Shown: positions 27,331 to 36,413, counted from the first letter of the stretch. The stretch: 64,000 nt of DNA from Candidatus Latescibacterota bacterium (GCA_021295655.1 JAGWBX010000024.1:8265-72264), one strand, 5' to 3'. Notes: a model not told the origin generated them from the letters alone. Made by a program: numbers and translations.

Positions 27331-29187
27331 TCAGGGGGTTTCCGTACCCACGCGTGATTCGGCTTCGTCCACCATTCCTGTGAGTATTCGCGCCGCCATC
27401 CGGTCGACTGCGGTTTTCGTTTCCTGCAGGCCCGTGCCGCCGAGATCGGGATGGTCCACCGATGCGGCGGAGACGTAGTATTTAATCTTGGGTTCGGTTC
27501 CCGACGGCCGGGCGGTGACCCGGGTATGCCCGGCGGGGGTGAACGTGAATGTAATCACGTTGCCCGTTGCGCCTTCGATCGTCCGGACGGACTCCGTGTG
27601 CAGGTTCAGTGCCTTCCCCGTTCTCCTGTCGATGACTTCCACGACGTCACAACCTCCGATCTGCGTTGGCGGCTGGGAACGCAGGGATTCCATAATGTGA
27701 ACGATATCCCGGCTGCCCTGCGCTCCGGTTCTCATTACAGACCGCTGGATTTCACGGAAGTAACCAAATTCCGCATAGATCTCGTCCAGGTAGTCCCTTA
27801 GCGTGCAGCCACGGGCCTTGAGGGCCGCTGCGCATTCGCACAGGAGGACGGCGGCAACCGCGGCGTCCTTGTCTCTCGTAAACGACCCGGTCAGATAGCC
27901 GTGGCTTTCTTCGGCCCCGAACAGGAATTCGGCGCCCGCCGGAAGCTCGTCGATCAGCCTGCCGATGTATTTGAATCCGACCAGCAGGTTGTCGACGACC
28001 GTGGCGCCAAAGCCGCGCGCGATGTTGGCTGTCAGGTCGGTTGTGACAATCGTCTTGGCGACAACACCCTCGTCGGGAAGTTCCCGGCGAATTTTTTTTT
28101 GATCCAGGATGTAGTGGCACAGGACAGCGCCGATCTGATTTCCGTTGAGCGCAAGATTCTCGGGTGGTGCGTTCCACCCGGTTCCGGAATCCGGTACGGC
28201 GCAGCCGAGCCGGTCCGCATCCGGGTCGCTGGCGATAACCAGATCGGCGTTGATCTCGGCGGCTTCCCGGACAGCCACGGCCAGCGCGCGCGGATCTTCG
28301 GGGTTGGCGACGCCGCCAGGCACCGTGGGAAAATTGCCGTCCGCTTTCGCCTGCGACGGGACGACGTGCAGATCCTTGTAGCCGAGGATTTTCAGCGCCG
28401 GCACTACCGACGTTAAACCCACGCCGTGCAGCGGGCTGTAGACTGTCCGAACCTGGCGTTCGGGCCTGAGGGTGAGCCCGGCCAGCTCACGATGGTAGCG
28501 GGTATCGACGGTGCGATCCAGAATTTCAATGAGGCCCTGTTCCATCGCGTGCTTGAAGTCGAGTTTTTTGATCGCGGTAACCGAGTTGACCTCGGCGATG
28601 ATGTTTCTGTCATGAGGGGGTACGACCTGGCCTCCGTCGGACCAGTACACCTTGATTCCATTGTCGCCCGGCGGGTTGTGACTGGCGCTGATTACCACGC
28701 CGGCCACAGCGTTGGTCAACCGGACCGCAAAGGAAAGTTCAGGAGAGGACCGGCAGGATTCAAAAATCCTGACACGGATACCGTTGCCGGCAAGAATAGC
28801 TGCTACCTCGTTGGCGAAGCCTTGTGAATTGTTCCGTGTGTCGTGTGCGATGACCACGCCGCGGCGCGGTGCATCGGCGCCGGATTTCAAAACGTACCTG
28901 GCAATGCCCTGTGCGGCTTCACCAACAGTACGCAGGTTGATGCGGTTCGGCCCCGGTCCCATCGCGCCGCGAATGCCCCCGGTGCCGAATTGGATCCTCA
29001 CGCGAAATGCGTCTTCGAGTTCGCTCAGATCGTTGGTATGGATCAGGTTATTGATTTCCTCCTTCGATGCCGCGAAACGGGGGTCGGTAAGCCAGAGCGC
29101 GGCGTGGGCTCCGGCGGCTGCGGACAGTTCGCCCGCAGCAACCCGGAACCGGATTCTATCCAATAGATCCTTGGGAGTTTTTTTCAC
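27331..29187 (-). CDS. phosphoglucomutase/phosphomannomutase family protein
   Basis: Active-site 'ISASHNPPGDNGIKVY', metal loop 'ASDPDADR' and 'GAEESHG' are present. Confidence 0.85.
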   Translation of the reverse strand: MKKTPKDLLDRIRFRVAAGELSAAAGAHAALWLTDPRFAASKEEINNLIHTNDLSELEDAFRVRIQFGTGGIRGAMGPGPNRINLRTVGEAAQGIARYVLKSGADAPRRGVVIAHDTRNNSQGFANEVAAILAGNGIRVRIFESCRSSPELSFAVRLTNAVAGVVISASHNPPGDNGIKVYWSDGGQVVPPHDRNIIAEVNSVTAIKKLDFKHAMEQGLIEILDRTVDTRYHRELAGLTLRPERQVRTVYSPLHGVGLTSVVPALKILGYKDLHVVPSQAKADGNFPTVPGGVANPEDPRALAVAVREAAEINADLVIASDPDADRLGCAVPDSGTGWNAPPENLALNGNQIGAVLCHYILDQKKIRRELPDEGVVAKTIVTTDLTANIARGFGATVVDNLLVGFKYIGRLIDELPAGAEFLFGAEESHGYLTGSFTRDKDAAVAAVLLCECAAALKARGCTLRDYLDEIYAEFGYFREIQRSVMRTGAQGSRDIVHIMESLRSQPPTQIGGCDVVEVIDRRTGKALNLHTESVRTIEGATGNVITFTFTPAGHTRVTARPSGTEPKIKYYVSAASVDHPDLGGTGLQETKTAVDRMAARILTGMVDEAESRVGTETP

Positions 29188-29499
29188 AGAACCGATCCTG
29201 ACGAATACGCGCGATTTTGGTTGAGGTCAGAAACTCGTTTGCCTCAGGCTTGCAAGCCGGTACCGCGCTCATCAATATATCGGATGGGACGCGCCGAACA
29301 ACACAAAATAGTTTGATTCTTGGAAGCCATTGCGCATATTTTCGACATGAGGTGCCGGAAGACCCTTGTGTTTCAGCTGATTGCAATAAGCAGACCGCCA
29401 TTCTGCAGCGAAACAAAACGTGAACAGGAAACAAAAGGCAGAACGAGGATTGTCACGCACTGGTGTTTAAACCCGCATTGCGGGACGGAAGGATCTTAT

Positions 29500-29751
29500 A
29501 TGAAAATTGAAACTGAACGAGAAGAAGATGGCAGATGGATTGCAGAAGTGTCTGATTTGCCCGGTGTGATCGTTTATGGAGGCGATAAAGAAGTTGCCAT
29601 TCTTAAGGTTTAGGCATTGGCATTGCGGGTTCTTGCCGATCGCATAGAACACGGCGAGGAAATACCGGAAATCTGTGACGTCTTTGCAGGATCAGTGCCG
29701 CAGAGCCCCCAAAGAAAACCCTTGGAAAGCAGACTGAATAACACTACTTAA
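29500..29751 (+). pseudogene. HicB/UPF0150-like antitoxin with in-frame TAG (29611-29613)
   Basis: The frame reads 'MKIETEREEDGRWIAEVSDLPGVIVYGGDKEVAILKV*ALALRVLADRIEHGEEIPE'. Family-like sequence continues after the stop in the same frame. Confidence 0.5.
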
Positions 29752-29915
29752 ATATCCAATTGTAAACTCCATAATCGCCTGAGCGGCCTCGCAACAGCGA
29801 TCGTTGCCTGGCCTGATCGAAGTTTTCAGTGAAAACGCGCCGGGCGGTGAATGACTTTCGCAGTGAACCGCGGGGATATGGGTTCGACGAGGCGGCGGGA
29901 TATGAAGTTGGTCAA

Positions 29916-30617
29916 ATGACAATGCTCTTTCTTCTGCTGTTTTTGTGCTTCCTGATCGTCCTCGCGCCCGTGCGTCTGTGGGCGCGAGGACGTAACGGCT
30001 CAGGGCGGGGACCGATCCTGGAAATCCGCGTGAGGCCGTGGATCGGACTGGCGGGTATCCGGCTGTTCCACACCGGCGGCGATTGGCGTATTGGCGCGCT
30101 ACTGGGATGGTGGACAGTGTGGGCCGCACCCTTGAGAAAGGGAGAAGATGGGAAAAAGAAGAAACGCGACCCCGGTGCGAGGGACGAGGCGGAAGCGGAC
30201 GTATCGGATGGTTTTTCGGCAAAGGTTGAGCGGTTCGCGCGGGCCGGACGGCGTTTAAGGACGCTGTCATTGCCCCTCAGGCGGTGTGCGTTACGTTTTC
30301 TGAGGGGTTTCCGTCTTCGCAGCATCAAATGCAGCGTAACGTTCGGCGCCTCCGATCCGGCCACGACCGGCCGGATCTACGGATACGTCATGGCCGCCTC
30401 CTCTCTGATTGGAGCAAAGGGAAGCATTCACGTGACGCCCGATTTCGAGTCACAGCGTCTGGACGGGGAAGCCCGGGTTGAAATTCGGATTTATCCCCAC
30501 AGGCTGTTGTTGGCATCCGTTTATTTCGGATGGCGCCTTGCGCTTGCGTGGTTTTCGGAACGACGCAACCGGAAACGGCGTGAGGAAGGCATTTTGGGGG
30601 CCGGCGCGACGAGTTGA
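29916..30617 (+). CDS. DUF2953 (YtfI-like) membrane-anchored protein
   Basis: N-terminal TM segment 'MLFLLLFLCFLIVLAP', basic linker, and 'VTFGASDPATTGRIYG...VTPDF'. It lies upstream of a GerW/YtfJ gene, as in the Bacillus ytfI-ytfJ pair. Confidence 0.5.
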   Translation: MTMLFLLLFLCFLIVLAPVRLWARGRNGSGRGPILEIRVRPWIGLAGIRLFHTGGDWRIGALLGWWTVWAAPLRKGEDGKKKKRDPGARDEAEADVSDGFSAKVERFARAGRRLRTLSLPLRRCALRFLRGFRLRSIKCSVTFGASDPATTGRIYGYVMAASSLIGAKGSIHVTPDFESQRLDGEARVEIRIYPHRLLLASVYFGWRLALAWFSERRNRKRREEGILGAGATS

Positions 30618-30638
30618 GCGGTCTTTAATGGAGGTATT

Positions 30639-31040
30639 ATGTCGGTTGAGGATCTCATCAGGACGGTGATGACGGAATTCCGCCAAATCGTCAAGGCGGA
30701 GACGGTTGTGGGAGAGCCGATCGAAATCGGGGGTACGGTTGTGGTACCCGTCTCCAGGATTTCTTTCGGATTCGGCGCGGGTGGCGGCGCGGACACGGCG
30801 GACGGCGGCGGGAGCGGCACGGGTGGTGGCGCATCCGTGGAACCCCTGGCATTTGTCGTGATTCGAGACGGAAAGGCCCAGATTCTTCCCGTCCAGGAAA
30901 AGGAAGGATCCATCAAGGGTCTGCTGGATCTGGCGCCCGACCTTCTGTCGAAAGTAAAGGCCTTTAAGGAGAAGCGAGACCGGAAGAAGGCTGAGGAGGA
31001 AGCCGACGCAGATTCCGGTGACGACGACGTGAGCGCCTAG
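30639..31040 (+). CDS. GerW/YtfJ family protein
   Basis: 'AETVVGEPIEIGGTVVVPVSRISFGFGAGGG' and 'EPLAFVVI' match the family. Confidence 0.7.
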   Translation: MSVEDLIRTVMTEFRQIVKAETVVGEPIEIGGTVVVPVSRISFGFGAGGGADTADGGGSGTGGGASVEPLAFVVIRDGKAQILPVQEKEGSIKGLLDLAPDLLSKVKAFKEKRDRKKAEEEADADSGDDDVSA

Positions 31041-31114
31041 CAGTCCGTTGATAAAGTTGCTCTGCCCGCAGGCCGAAGGCCGGATGGGCGCTTCCAACGG
31101 GCTGCAAGTGTTCT
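31041..31114 (+). repeat. R1-C: short hairpin form of R1
   Basis: Starts directly after the gerW-like TAG and reads CAGTCCGTTGATAAAGttgctctgcccgcaggccgaaggccggatgggcgCTTCCAACGGGCTGcaagtgttct. Confidence 0.65.
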
Positions 31115-31192
31115 TTCCCATAAACAGGTTGCCTGAATTCGGCGGACGAGTGGTGAGATATTTATGGGACAGGACACAAGGCCAGGGCTGCA

Positions 31193-32413
31193 ATGAACCG
31201 GCTTCTGCTGCTTATTCCAACGTCATCCTACCGAACCCATGATTTCATGGCAGCGGCGGCAGCACTCAATGTTGCCGTGGTCGTGGGAACAGACCGCCGC
31301 CAGGCGCTTGCGAGCCTGACCCCCGGAAAGACGCTCGCGTTGAACTTCGCCAGGCCGGCAGCCTCGGTTGGAAGAATCGTCGCCTATTCGGAGGAATACC
31401 CCGTCCGGGCGGTGGTGGGCGTGGACGACGAGACCGTCGTACTCGCAGCGATGGCCTGCGAGGCGCTCGGACTTCCGCACAATACGACGACGTCCGTACG
31501 GGCGTCCCGTTACAAACACGTGATGCGTCAGATACTTGCCGAAAAAGGCCTGCCCTCGCCGGGGTTCAGGCTTTTTTCAATTCGGGACGAACCGGCGGAA
31601 GCCGCCGCAACCGTCGACTATCCGTGCGTGCTGAAGCCGGTTTCGCTCTCCGCGAGCCGCGGCGTGATTCGGGCGGATCGTGAAGCGGATTTCGTGACTG
31701 CTTTCGATCGGATTCGGGCGTTGATTTCGGAATCCGGGAATAACGTGCACGAGGCAATTCTGGCGGAGGACTACATTCCCGGCCGGGAGGTCGCGCTGGA
31801 GGGTTTGCTGGTTGACGGTGAGCTTCACACCCTCGCATTGTTCGATAAACCGGACCCGCTGGACGGCCCTTATTTTGCCGAGACACTGTACATTACGCCG
31901 TCCCTGCTGCAGGAATGCGTGCAGGCGCGGATTCAGGACACTGCGCAGCAGGCTGCACTCGCCCTCGGATTGACCGTGGGGCCGGTGCATGCCGAACTGC
32001 GGCTGAACACGAGCGGCATCTACGTGGTGGAAATCGCGGCGCGATCCATCGGCGGGCTGTGTTCGCGTATATTGAGATTCGGCGCTGGCGTGTCGTTGGA
32101 GGAACTGATTCTGCGCCAGGCGACGGGTCGCTCCCCGATCGATTTGTGCAGGGAAAACACGGCGGCCGGGGTGATGATGCTTCCGGTGCCGAAGCCGGGA
32201 ACGCTCCGGTGCGTACGCGGTACGGCGGGCGCGCGGCGCGTACCGGGAATTGTCGACGTCGCGATCACCGTTCCGAGGGGGCATCCCGTTCAGCCGCTGC
32301 CCGAGGGAGACCGGTACCTGGGGTTCATCTTTGCACGCGGAAGGACACCAGAGGCCGTGGTAGCGGCGCTTCGTGAGGCCAATGGTCTGCTCGCCGTCGA
32401 GATCGAGGGTTGA
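31193..32413 (+). CDS. ATP-grasp domain protein (amino-acid-ligase-like)
   Basis: 406 aa. 'YPCVLKPVSLSASRGV', 'EDYIPGREVALEGL' and 'GPVHAELR' are ATP-grasp blocks. Confidence 0.7.
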   Translation: MNRLLLLIPTSSYRTHDFMAAAAALNVAVVVGTDRRQALASLTPGKTLALNFARPAASVGRIVAYSEEYPVRAVVGVDDETVVLAAMACEALGLPHNTTTSVRASRYKHVMRQILAEKGLPSPGFRLFSIRDEPAEAAATVDYPCVLKPVSLSASRGVIRADREADFVTAFDRIRALISESGNNVHEAILAEDYIPGREVALEGLLVDGELHTLALFDKPDPLDGPYFAETLYITPSLLQECVQARIQDTAQQAALALGLTVGPVHAELRLNTSGIYVVEIAARSIGGLCSRILRFGAGVSLEELILRQATGRSPIDLCRENTAAGVMMLPVPKPGTLRCVRGTAGARRVPGIVDVAITVPRGHPVQPLPEGDRYLGFIFARGRTPEAVVAALREANGLLAVEIEG

Positions 32414-32469
32414 CCGGCGGCAGGCAGGCGGGATGGGGATCAATATGCCAGGGTCTTTCACTTCCAGCG

Positions 32470-33897
32470 TCAGACAAGAGCGAACTGCTCTTCGGTTGGC
32501 TCCGCTCAGCAGTACCAGGGTTCGGTAAGGCGGGGGAGCGAAAGGCGGGCTGAGGTCGCATCGAAATCGGCGTCCGGGACAGGGCGTTCCACCAACCCGT
32601 ACACGTGCGACCGTATCCTGCGGAAGATCTCTCCCCGTGCGGCATCCCGGTTCTGAAGCCGTGTGACGAGCCGGGACAGTTCGTGCTGGAGCCGGTCCAG
32701 GCGGGCGTCGGCATGCGCCCAGGGGTACGACAGTGCTGCCGGCGCGAACGGACCCACCAGGTCGCGGACCTCGGCAAGATTCAGCAGCTCTGATCCTCCG
32801 GGAATAAGCAGCCGGATGGTGAGCTGAACGGGCGAGACATGCTCGATCAGATCGAGGTCGGCGAGTGTATCCAGAAAGCGGGCATATCCCTCCAACGTGA
32901 TCCATGGCGTGAACGGGATAAACGTCGGATTCATCACCAGCCCGTGTTTATTGAAGAGGTCCACAACTTCGAGGAAGTCGTCTACTGTATGGCCCTTGTC
33001 CAGCAGCGCGAGAACACGGCTGTCAAGGGACTCGACGGCGGTTGTGACGAGTGCGCACCCGGTGTCTCTGATGCGGGGCAGATTGCGGCGATATTTCAGC
33101 AGATGTTCGATCTTGACGGTGATGTCGTACGTGAGGTCGGGAAATCTGCCATGGAGCTCTTCGACAAGCGGCAGGGCGTGGCCGATGCCGTTGAAGAAGT
33201 CGGGATCGCCAAACGTGATATGGCCCGCACCCGCGGCGACCTGTCTTTCAATGTCGTCCAGTACGATTTCAGGTTGTACAATCCGGAACCTCCCGCCGTA
33301 CACGGGCACCACGGGACAGTGGCGACAGAGATGTTTGCAGCCGCGGCTTGCCTCTGTATAGCCGACGGTTTTCAGATGCCCGTCACTGGTGGAAAGTCTT
33401 GCGTAGCTGGGCAAGTCCGGAAGGCCTGTGCGGTCAGGTGGAAGAAAACGCTGTCTGGCGAGGGAAACGACGGGTTCTTCCTGGTCTCCGATGGTGCCGG
33501 GCGCCCCCCGCAGACGATTGCACAGCTGAAGCAGACCGTTTTCGAATTCGCCACCGAGGATGGTCTGCGCCCCCAGGCTTCTAAGGAAGGATTCGTTAAC
33601 CGAAGCATAGAGACCATAGAAACAGAGGTGCGTGTTGGTATTCAGCTTTCGGGATCTGGCGACCAGCGGAACGGCAAGGCGCGTCGCGGTATGCATTGGT
33701 ACGTAGAAAGCCACCAGATCGGCGTCGCGGACGTCTTCGTCAGGGAAGTCTTCTATCGAAACGTCGGCCTGGACCACGTCGATGCCCGCCCTCCGCAGCC
33801 ACGCAGCCGGCGACGCCAGACCGAACGGCTGCCGACCCAGTTCGTAGGTGGAAACGAGTACGGCTTTGAAAGGACGCGATCGGTTAATGGCCGTCAT
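32470..33897 (-). CDS. B12-binding-domain radical SAM protein, CUAEP-tail type, with TGA at 32506-32508 read as selenocysteine
   Basis: 'CKHLCRHCPV' is the radical SAM cluster motif. The ORF track ends '...LTEPWYC' at a TGA, and the same frame continues A-E-P-T-E-E-Q-F-A-L-V to a second TGA at 32470-32472. Confidence 0.7.
32476..32492 (-). promoter_or_regulatory. candidate bacterial SECIS hairpin
   Basis: The RNA reads AAGAGC-AGUUC-GCUCUU: a 6-bp stem starting about 13 nt after the UGA, with GU in the apical loop. Confidence 0.4.
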
Positions 33898-33909
33898 CGG
33901 TCATCTGTC

Positions 33910-33957
33910 CAAAAAATAACGGCAGACAACGGGGAGGCCCCCATGAAGTCTGCCGTT
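33910..33957 (-). terminator. strong intrinsic terminator after nfuA
   Basis: The minus strand reads AACGGCAGAC-(20 nt with inner GGGG/CCCC)-GTCTGCCGTT-ATTTTTT: a perfect 10-bp stem and a T-run ending about 13 nt before the radical SAM ATG. Confidence 0.6.
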
Positions 33958-33972
33958 TGTTGTGAACACACG

Positions 33973-34557
33973 TTATTTTGAGGTCTGGTAGTAGGGGTTT
34001 GTGCCGTCCGCGTGTTCGGTCACGTCGAGGATTTCTTCAATTTCCGGCACAGCCTCCTTGATGAGGACTTCAACCCCCTGCTTGAGCGTCACGTCCACCA
34101 TTCCGCAACCCTGACATCCGCCGCCGAACTGGACGTAAGCCTTGTTGTCCTTTACGTCGATAAGTGAGATTTGGCCGCCGTGCATGGCCACGCTGGGGTT
34201 GATCTTCTCGTCGATGATGTTCTGGATCTTTTCGGCGGCCGTGCCCTTCAGATGCGGAGGCACCTTGTTGGGATTCTCGATTTTGAATCCCCTGCCCATG
34301 AGGCTGTCCACAAAGTCCAGTGTAATGTGCTCGGCATAGGGCGCGCTTTCCGGGTCTACGTAGATGTTGAACCCGTCGAACGGCGTAACGGTGTCGTCTT
34401 CCTCTTCCTGGCCGCTGGCAACAAACGCGAGTCGGTAGTTGGCCTGCAGCGGCGAGACGGCTTCGGCCTTGACCCGAACGCCAATGATGTCCGACTCCTG
34501 GCTCCCGATCAGGTTGACAACTTCCTTCTGCGCGGCTTCCGTAACGGTGATATTCAT
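33973..34557 (-). CDS. nfuA: NfuA-type Fe-S cluster carrier (degenerate A-type N-domain plus Nfu C-domain)
   Basis: 'INPSVAMHGGQISLIDV...FGGGCQGCGMVDVTLK' carries the CxxC Nfu motif. Confidence 0.8.
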   Translation of the reverse strand: MNITVTEAAQKEVVNLIGSQESDIIGVRVKAEAVSPLQANYRLAFVASGQEEEDDTVTPFDGFNIYVDPESAPYAEHITLDFVDSLMGRGFKIENPNKVPPHLKGTAAEKIQNIIDEKINPSVAMHGGQISLIDVKDNKAYVQFGGGCQGCGMVDVTLKQGVEVLIKEAVPEIEEILDVTEHADGTNPYYQTSK

Positions 34558-34593
34558 ATGGACTTTCCCCCTGGAGAGGTTGGCAGTACCTGT

Positions 34594-34662
34594 CGTCCCG
34601 TTGAGAAAGTCCATCCGGGCTGCGGCCGGCCCTGCCTGCAGAGCGACTCTATCAACGGAATG
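34594..34662 (-). repeat. R1-F: short hairpin form between the nuoB paralog and nfuA
   Basis: The minus strand reads cattCCGTTGATAGAGTCGCTCTGCAGGCagggccggccgcAGCCCGGATGGACTTTCTCAACGGgacg. Confidence 0.65.
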
Positions 34663-34670
34663 CCGGACGG

Positions 34671-35165
34671 TCAGGATTCGAACGCCACGGTTGACCGTGC
34701 GGGTTGTTCCCGGTCTATCTTTTCCTGGATCTTCATCAGCGCGGACAGCAGATCTTCGGGCCGGGGGGGACAGCCGGGCACGTAGACGTCGACCGGCAGA
34801 AACTGGTCCACACCCTGTACCAGCGTATAGGTATTGAAGACACCCCCTGACGATGCGCACGCCCCCATGGAAATTACCCACTTCGGATCCGGCATCTGGT
34901 CATAAATCTTCTTGAGTACCGGCATCATTTTAATGGATATCCGGCCCGATACGATGAGCAGGTCGGACTGGCGGGGCGAGAATCTCACGGCTTCCGCGCC
35001 GAACCGGGCCATATCGAAGCGCCCGGAGAGCGTGGCCATCATTTCGATGGCGCAGCAAGCCGTGCCGAACGGCATCGGCCAGAGGGATGACTTGCGTGCC
35101 CAGTTGATCATTTTGGACATAGTGGTCGTGATAACGTTGTCGCCAAGGCCGGTTTCAAGTCCCAT
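34671..35165 (-). CDS. NuoB-like protein (orphan paralog of the NADH-quinone oxidoreductase 20-kDa subunit)
   Basis: '[18 protein letters not shown]', 'MGACASSGG' and '[13 protein letters not shown]' keep all N2-cluster Cys positions. Confidence 0.75.
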   Translation of the reverse strand: MGLETGLGDNVITTTMSKMINWARKSSLWPMPFGTACCAIEMMATLSGRFDMARFGAEAVRFSPRQSDLLIVSGRISIKMMPVLKKIYDQMPDPKWVISMGACASSGGVFNTYTLVQGVDQFLPVDVYVPGCPPRPEDLLSALMKIQEKIDREQPARSTVAFES

Positions 35166-35268
35166 TGAACACCTCAGGAAGGAATATTTGGCGTTGTCGC
35201 CCGGTTTTACGACGGCTGGGGTGGCCCCCCACAATGCATTGCGTTGGCCTCGCGTGTCAGGCGAGCCG

Positions 35269-35748
35269 CTAACCGGATACCTGTATCAGCTCTTCGGTGA
35301 CGTTTTGCAGACAGGCGTCCATGGCCTGTTCTTCTCCCAGCAGGTCATCCAGAGTAACGCGGCTGAGAAGCTGATCGATCACAGACTGCACAGAGGTCCA
35401 CAGCGACCGGATCGAACAGTCCACGGAGTGGGTGCACAGCCCTTCACGGCCGGCGTGATCTTCACAGAATTCAGGATTGAACATCCGCCCGCCCAGGGCT
35501 GCCAATACATCTCCAACCACGATCATGTCGGCAGATTGCGCAAGCCGGTACCCTCCGGACTGACCTCGAGAGCTCTCGACAAATCCTCCCAGCCGAAGAA
35601 GACGCATCAGCTTTGCAACATTCGGGACCGAGAGCCCTTCGAACCGGCTGATTTCAGATATGGAAAGGCCGCCGCCGGTTTCTCTCTGCCGGCGACCGAT
35701 CTGGAGCAGGCACCGGAGCCCGTATTCTTCGCCTGCGCTTAATTTCAT
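35269..35748 (-). CDS. Rrf2 family transcriptional regulator (IscR/SufR-like, 3 clustered Cys)
   Basis: '[15 protein letters not shown]' and the wHTH segment '[33 protein letters not shown]', plus 'C..H......C.....C'. Confidence 0.8.
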   Translation of the reverse strand: MKLSAGEEYGLRCLLQIGRRQRETGGGLSISEISRFEGLSVPNVAKLMRLLRLGGFVESSRGQSGGYRLAQSADMIVVGDVLAALGGRMFNPEFCEDHAGREGLCTHSVDCSIRSLWTSVQSVIDQLLSRVTLDDLLGEEQAMDACLQNVTEELIQVSG

Positions 35749-35886
35749 GGAACGATCGCATTTCCTGTTGGGATGGAATCTGGTTTGTGCCGTCAGAGGC
35801 GATGACGCCGTGCGGATGCCCGGGCACGGTGTCATTGAAATGTTGGCGCAGCCGGAGGCATGCGGCTGCCCTCAATTGAAGTCCGG

Positions 35887-36399
35887 CTATAGCAACCCGA
35901 GTTCGAGCCTCGCGGCTTCGGACATCAATTCAGGGTTCCATGGCGGGTCGAAGGTCAGATCCAGAATGACGTCGCGTACTCCGGCAACAGACCGGGTCGC
36001 GCTTTCTACCTGACCGGGCAGAATTCCCGCTGCCGGACAGGCGGGGGAGGTGAGCGTCATCTGAACGTGGGTCATCCCGGAGGGTTCGACCCGGATATCG
36101 TAAATGAGGCCGATATCGTAAATGTTGACCGGAATCTCCGGGTCGAACACCGTGCGATGCGCGGCGATAATGTTCTCTTTGACGACCTCCGTGTCGACAG
36201 GACCATCGGTTACGGCCGCTTCGGCCGATTCCTCTTTTTCTTCTTGGCGTTTGCCGGCGTGCGCCGTCAGCGCGCTTGTGTCAACGGGGTTCACGGTGTC
36301 TTTGGCTTCGGAGTCCGGTGTGTCTTCCTTTCGAGCCGAAGCTTCGCTCTCCTCGTTTCCGTAAATACGGTTCAGGAGTCGATTGAGCAAGATGATCAC
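35887..36399 (-). CDS. SufT-like DUF59 Fe-S assembly protein with acidic N-terminal extension
   Basis: 'VFDPEIPVNIYDIGLIYDI' and 'MTLTSPACPAAG' match DUF59. The start is a non-ATG codon (GTG 36399 or TTG 36390) next to GGAGG. Confidence 0.65.
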   Translation of the reverse strand: MIILLNRLLNRIYGNEESEASARKEDTPDSEAKDTVNPVDTSALTAHAGKRQEEKEESAEAAVTDGPVDTEVVKENIIAAHRTVFDPEIPVNIYDIGLIYDIRVEPSGMTHVQMTLTSPACPAAGILPGQVESATRSVAGVRDVILDLTFDPPWNPELMSEAARLELGLL

Positions 36400-36413
36400 C
36401 TCCGGATGGATGC

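Noticed and set aside
29690-29830. A possible HicA toxin remnant downstream of the HicB-like gene ('...AWPD...' and 'PPKKTLGKQTE').
   Set aside because: Only scattered residues line up in any frame and there are multiple stops. This is too weak to call without a profile search.
35749-35886. Two hairpins in the sufT-rrf2 spacer, on the minus strand: GCAGCCG...CGGCTGC and GACACCGTGC...GCACGGCGTC.
   Set aside because: Neither is followed by a U-tract and neither is related to R1 or R2. GC-rich spacers often fold by chance, so they are recorded only as possible processing sites.
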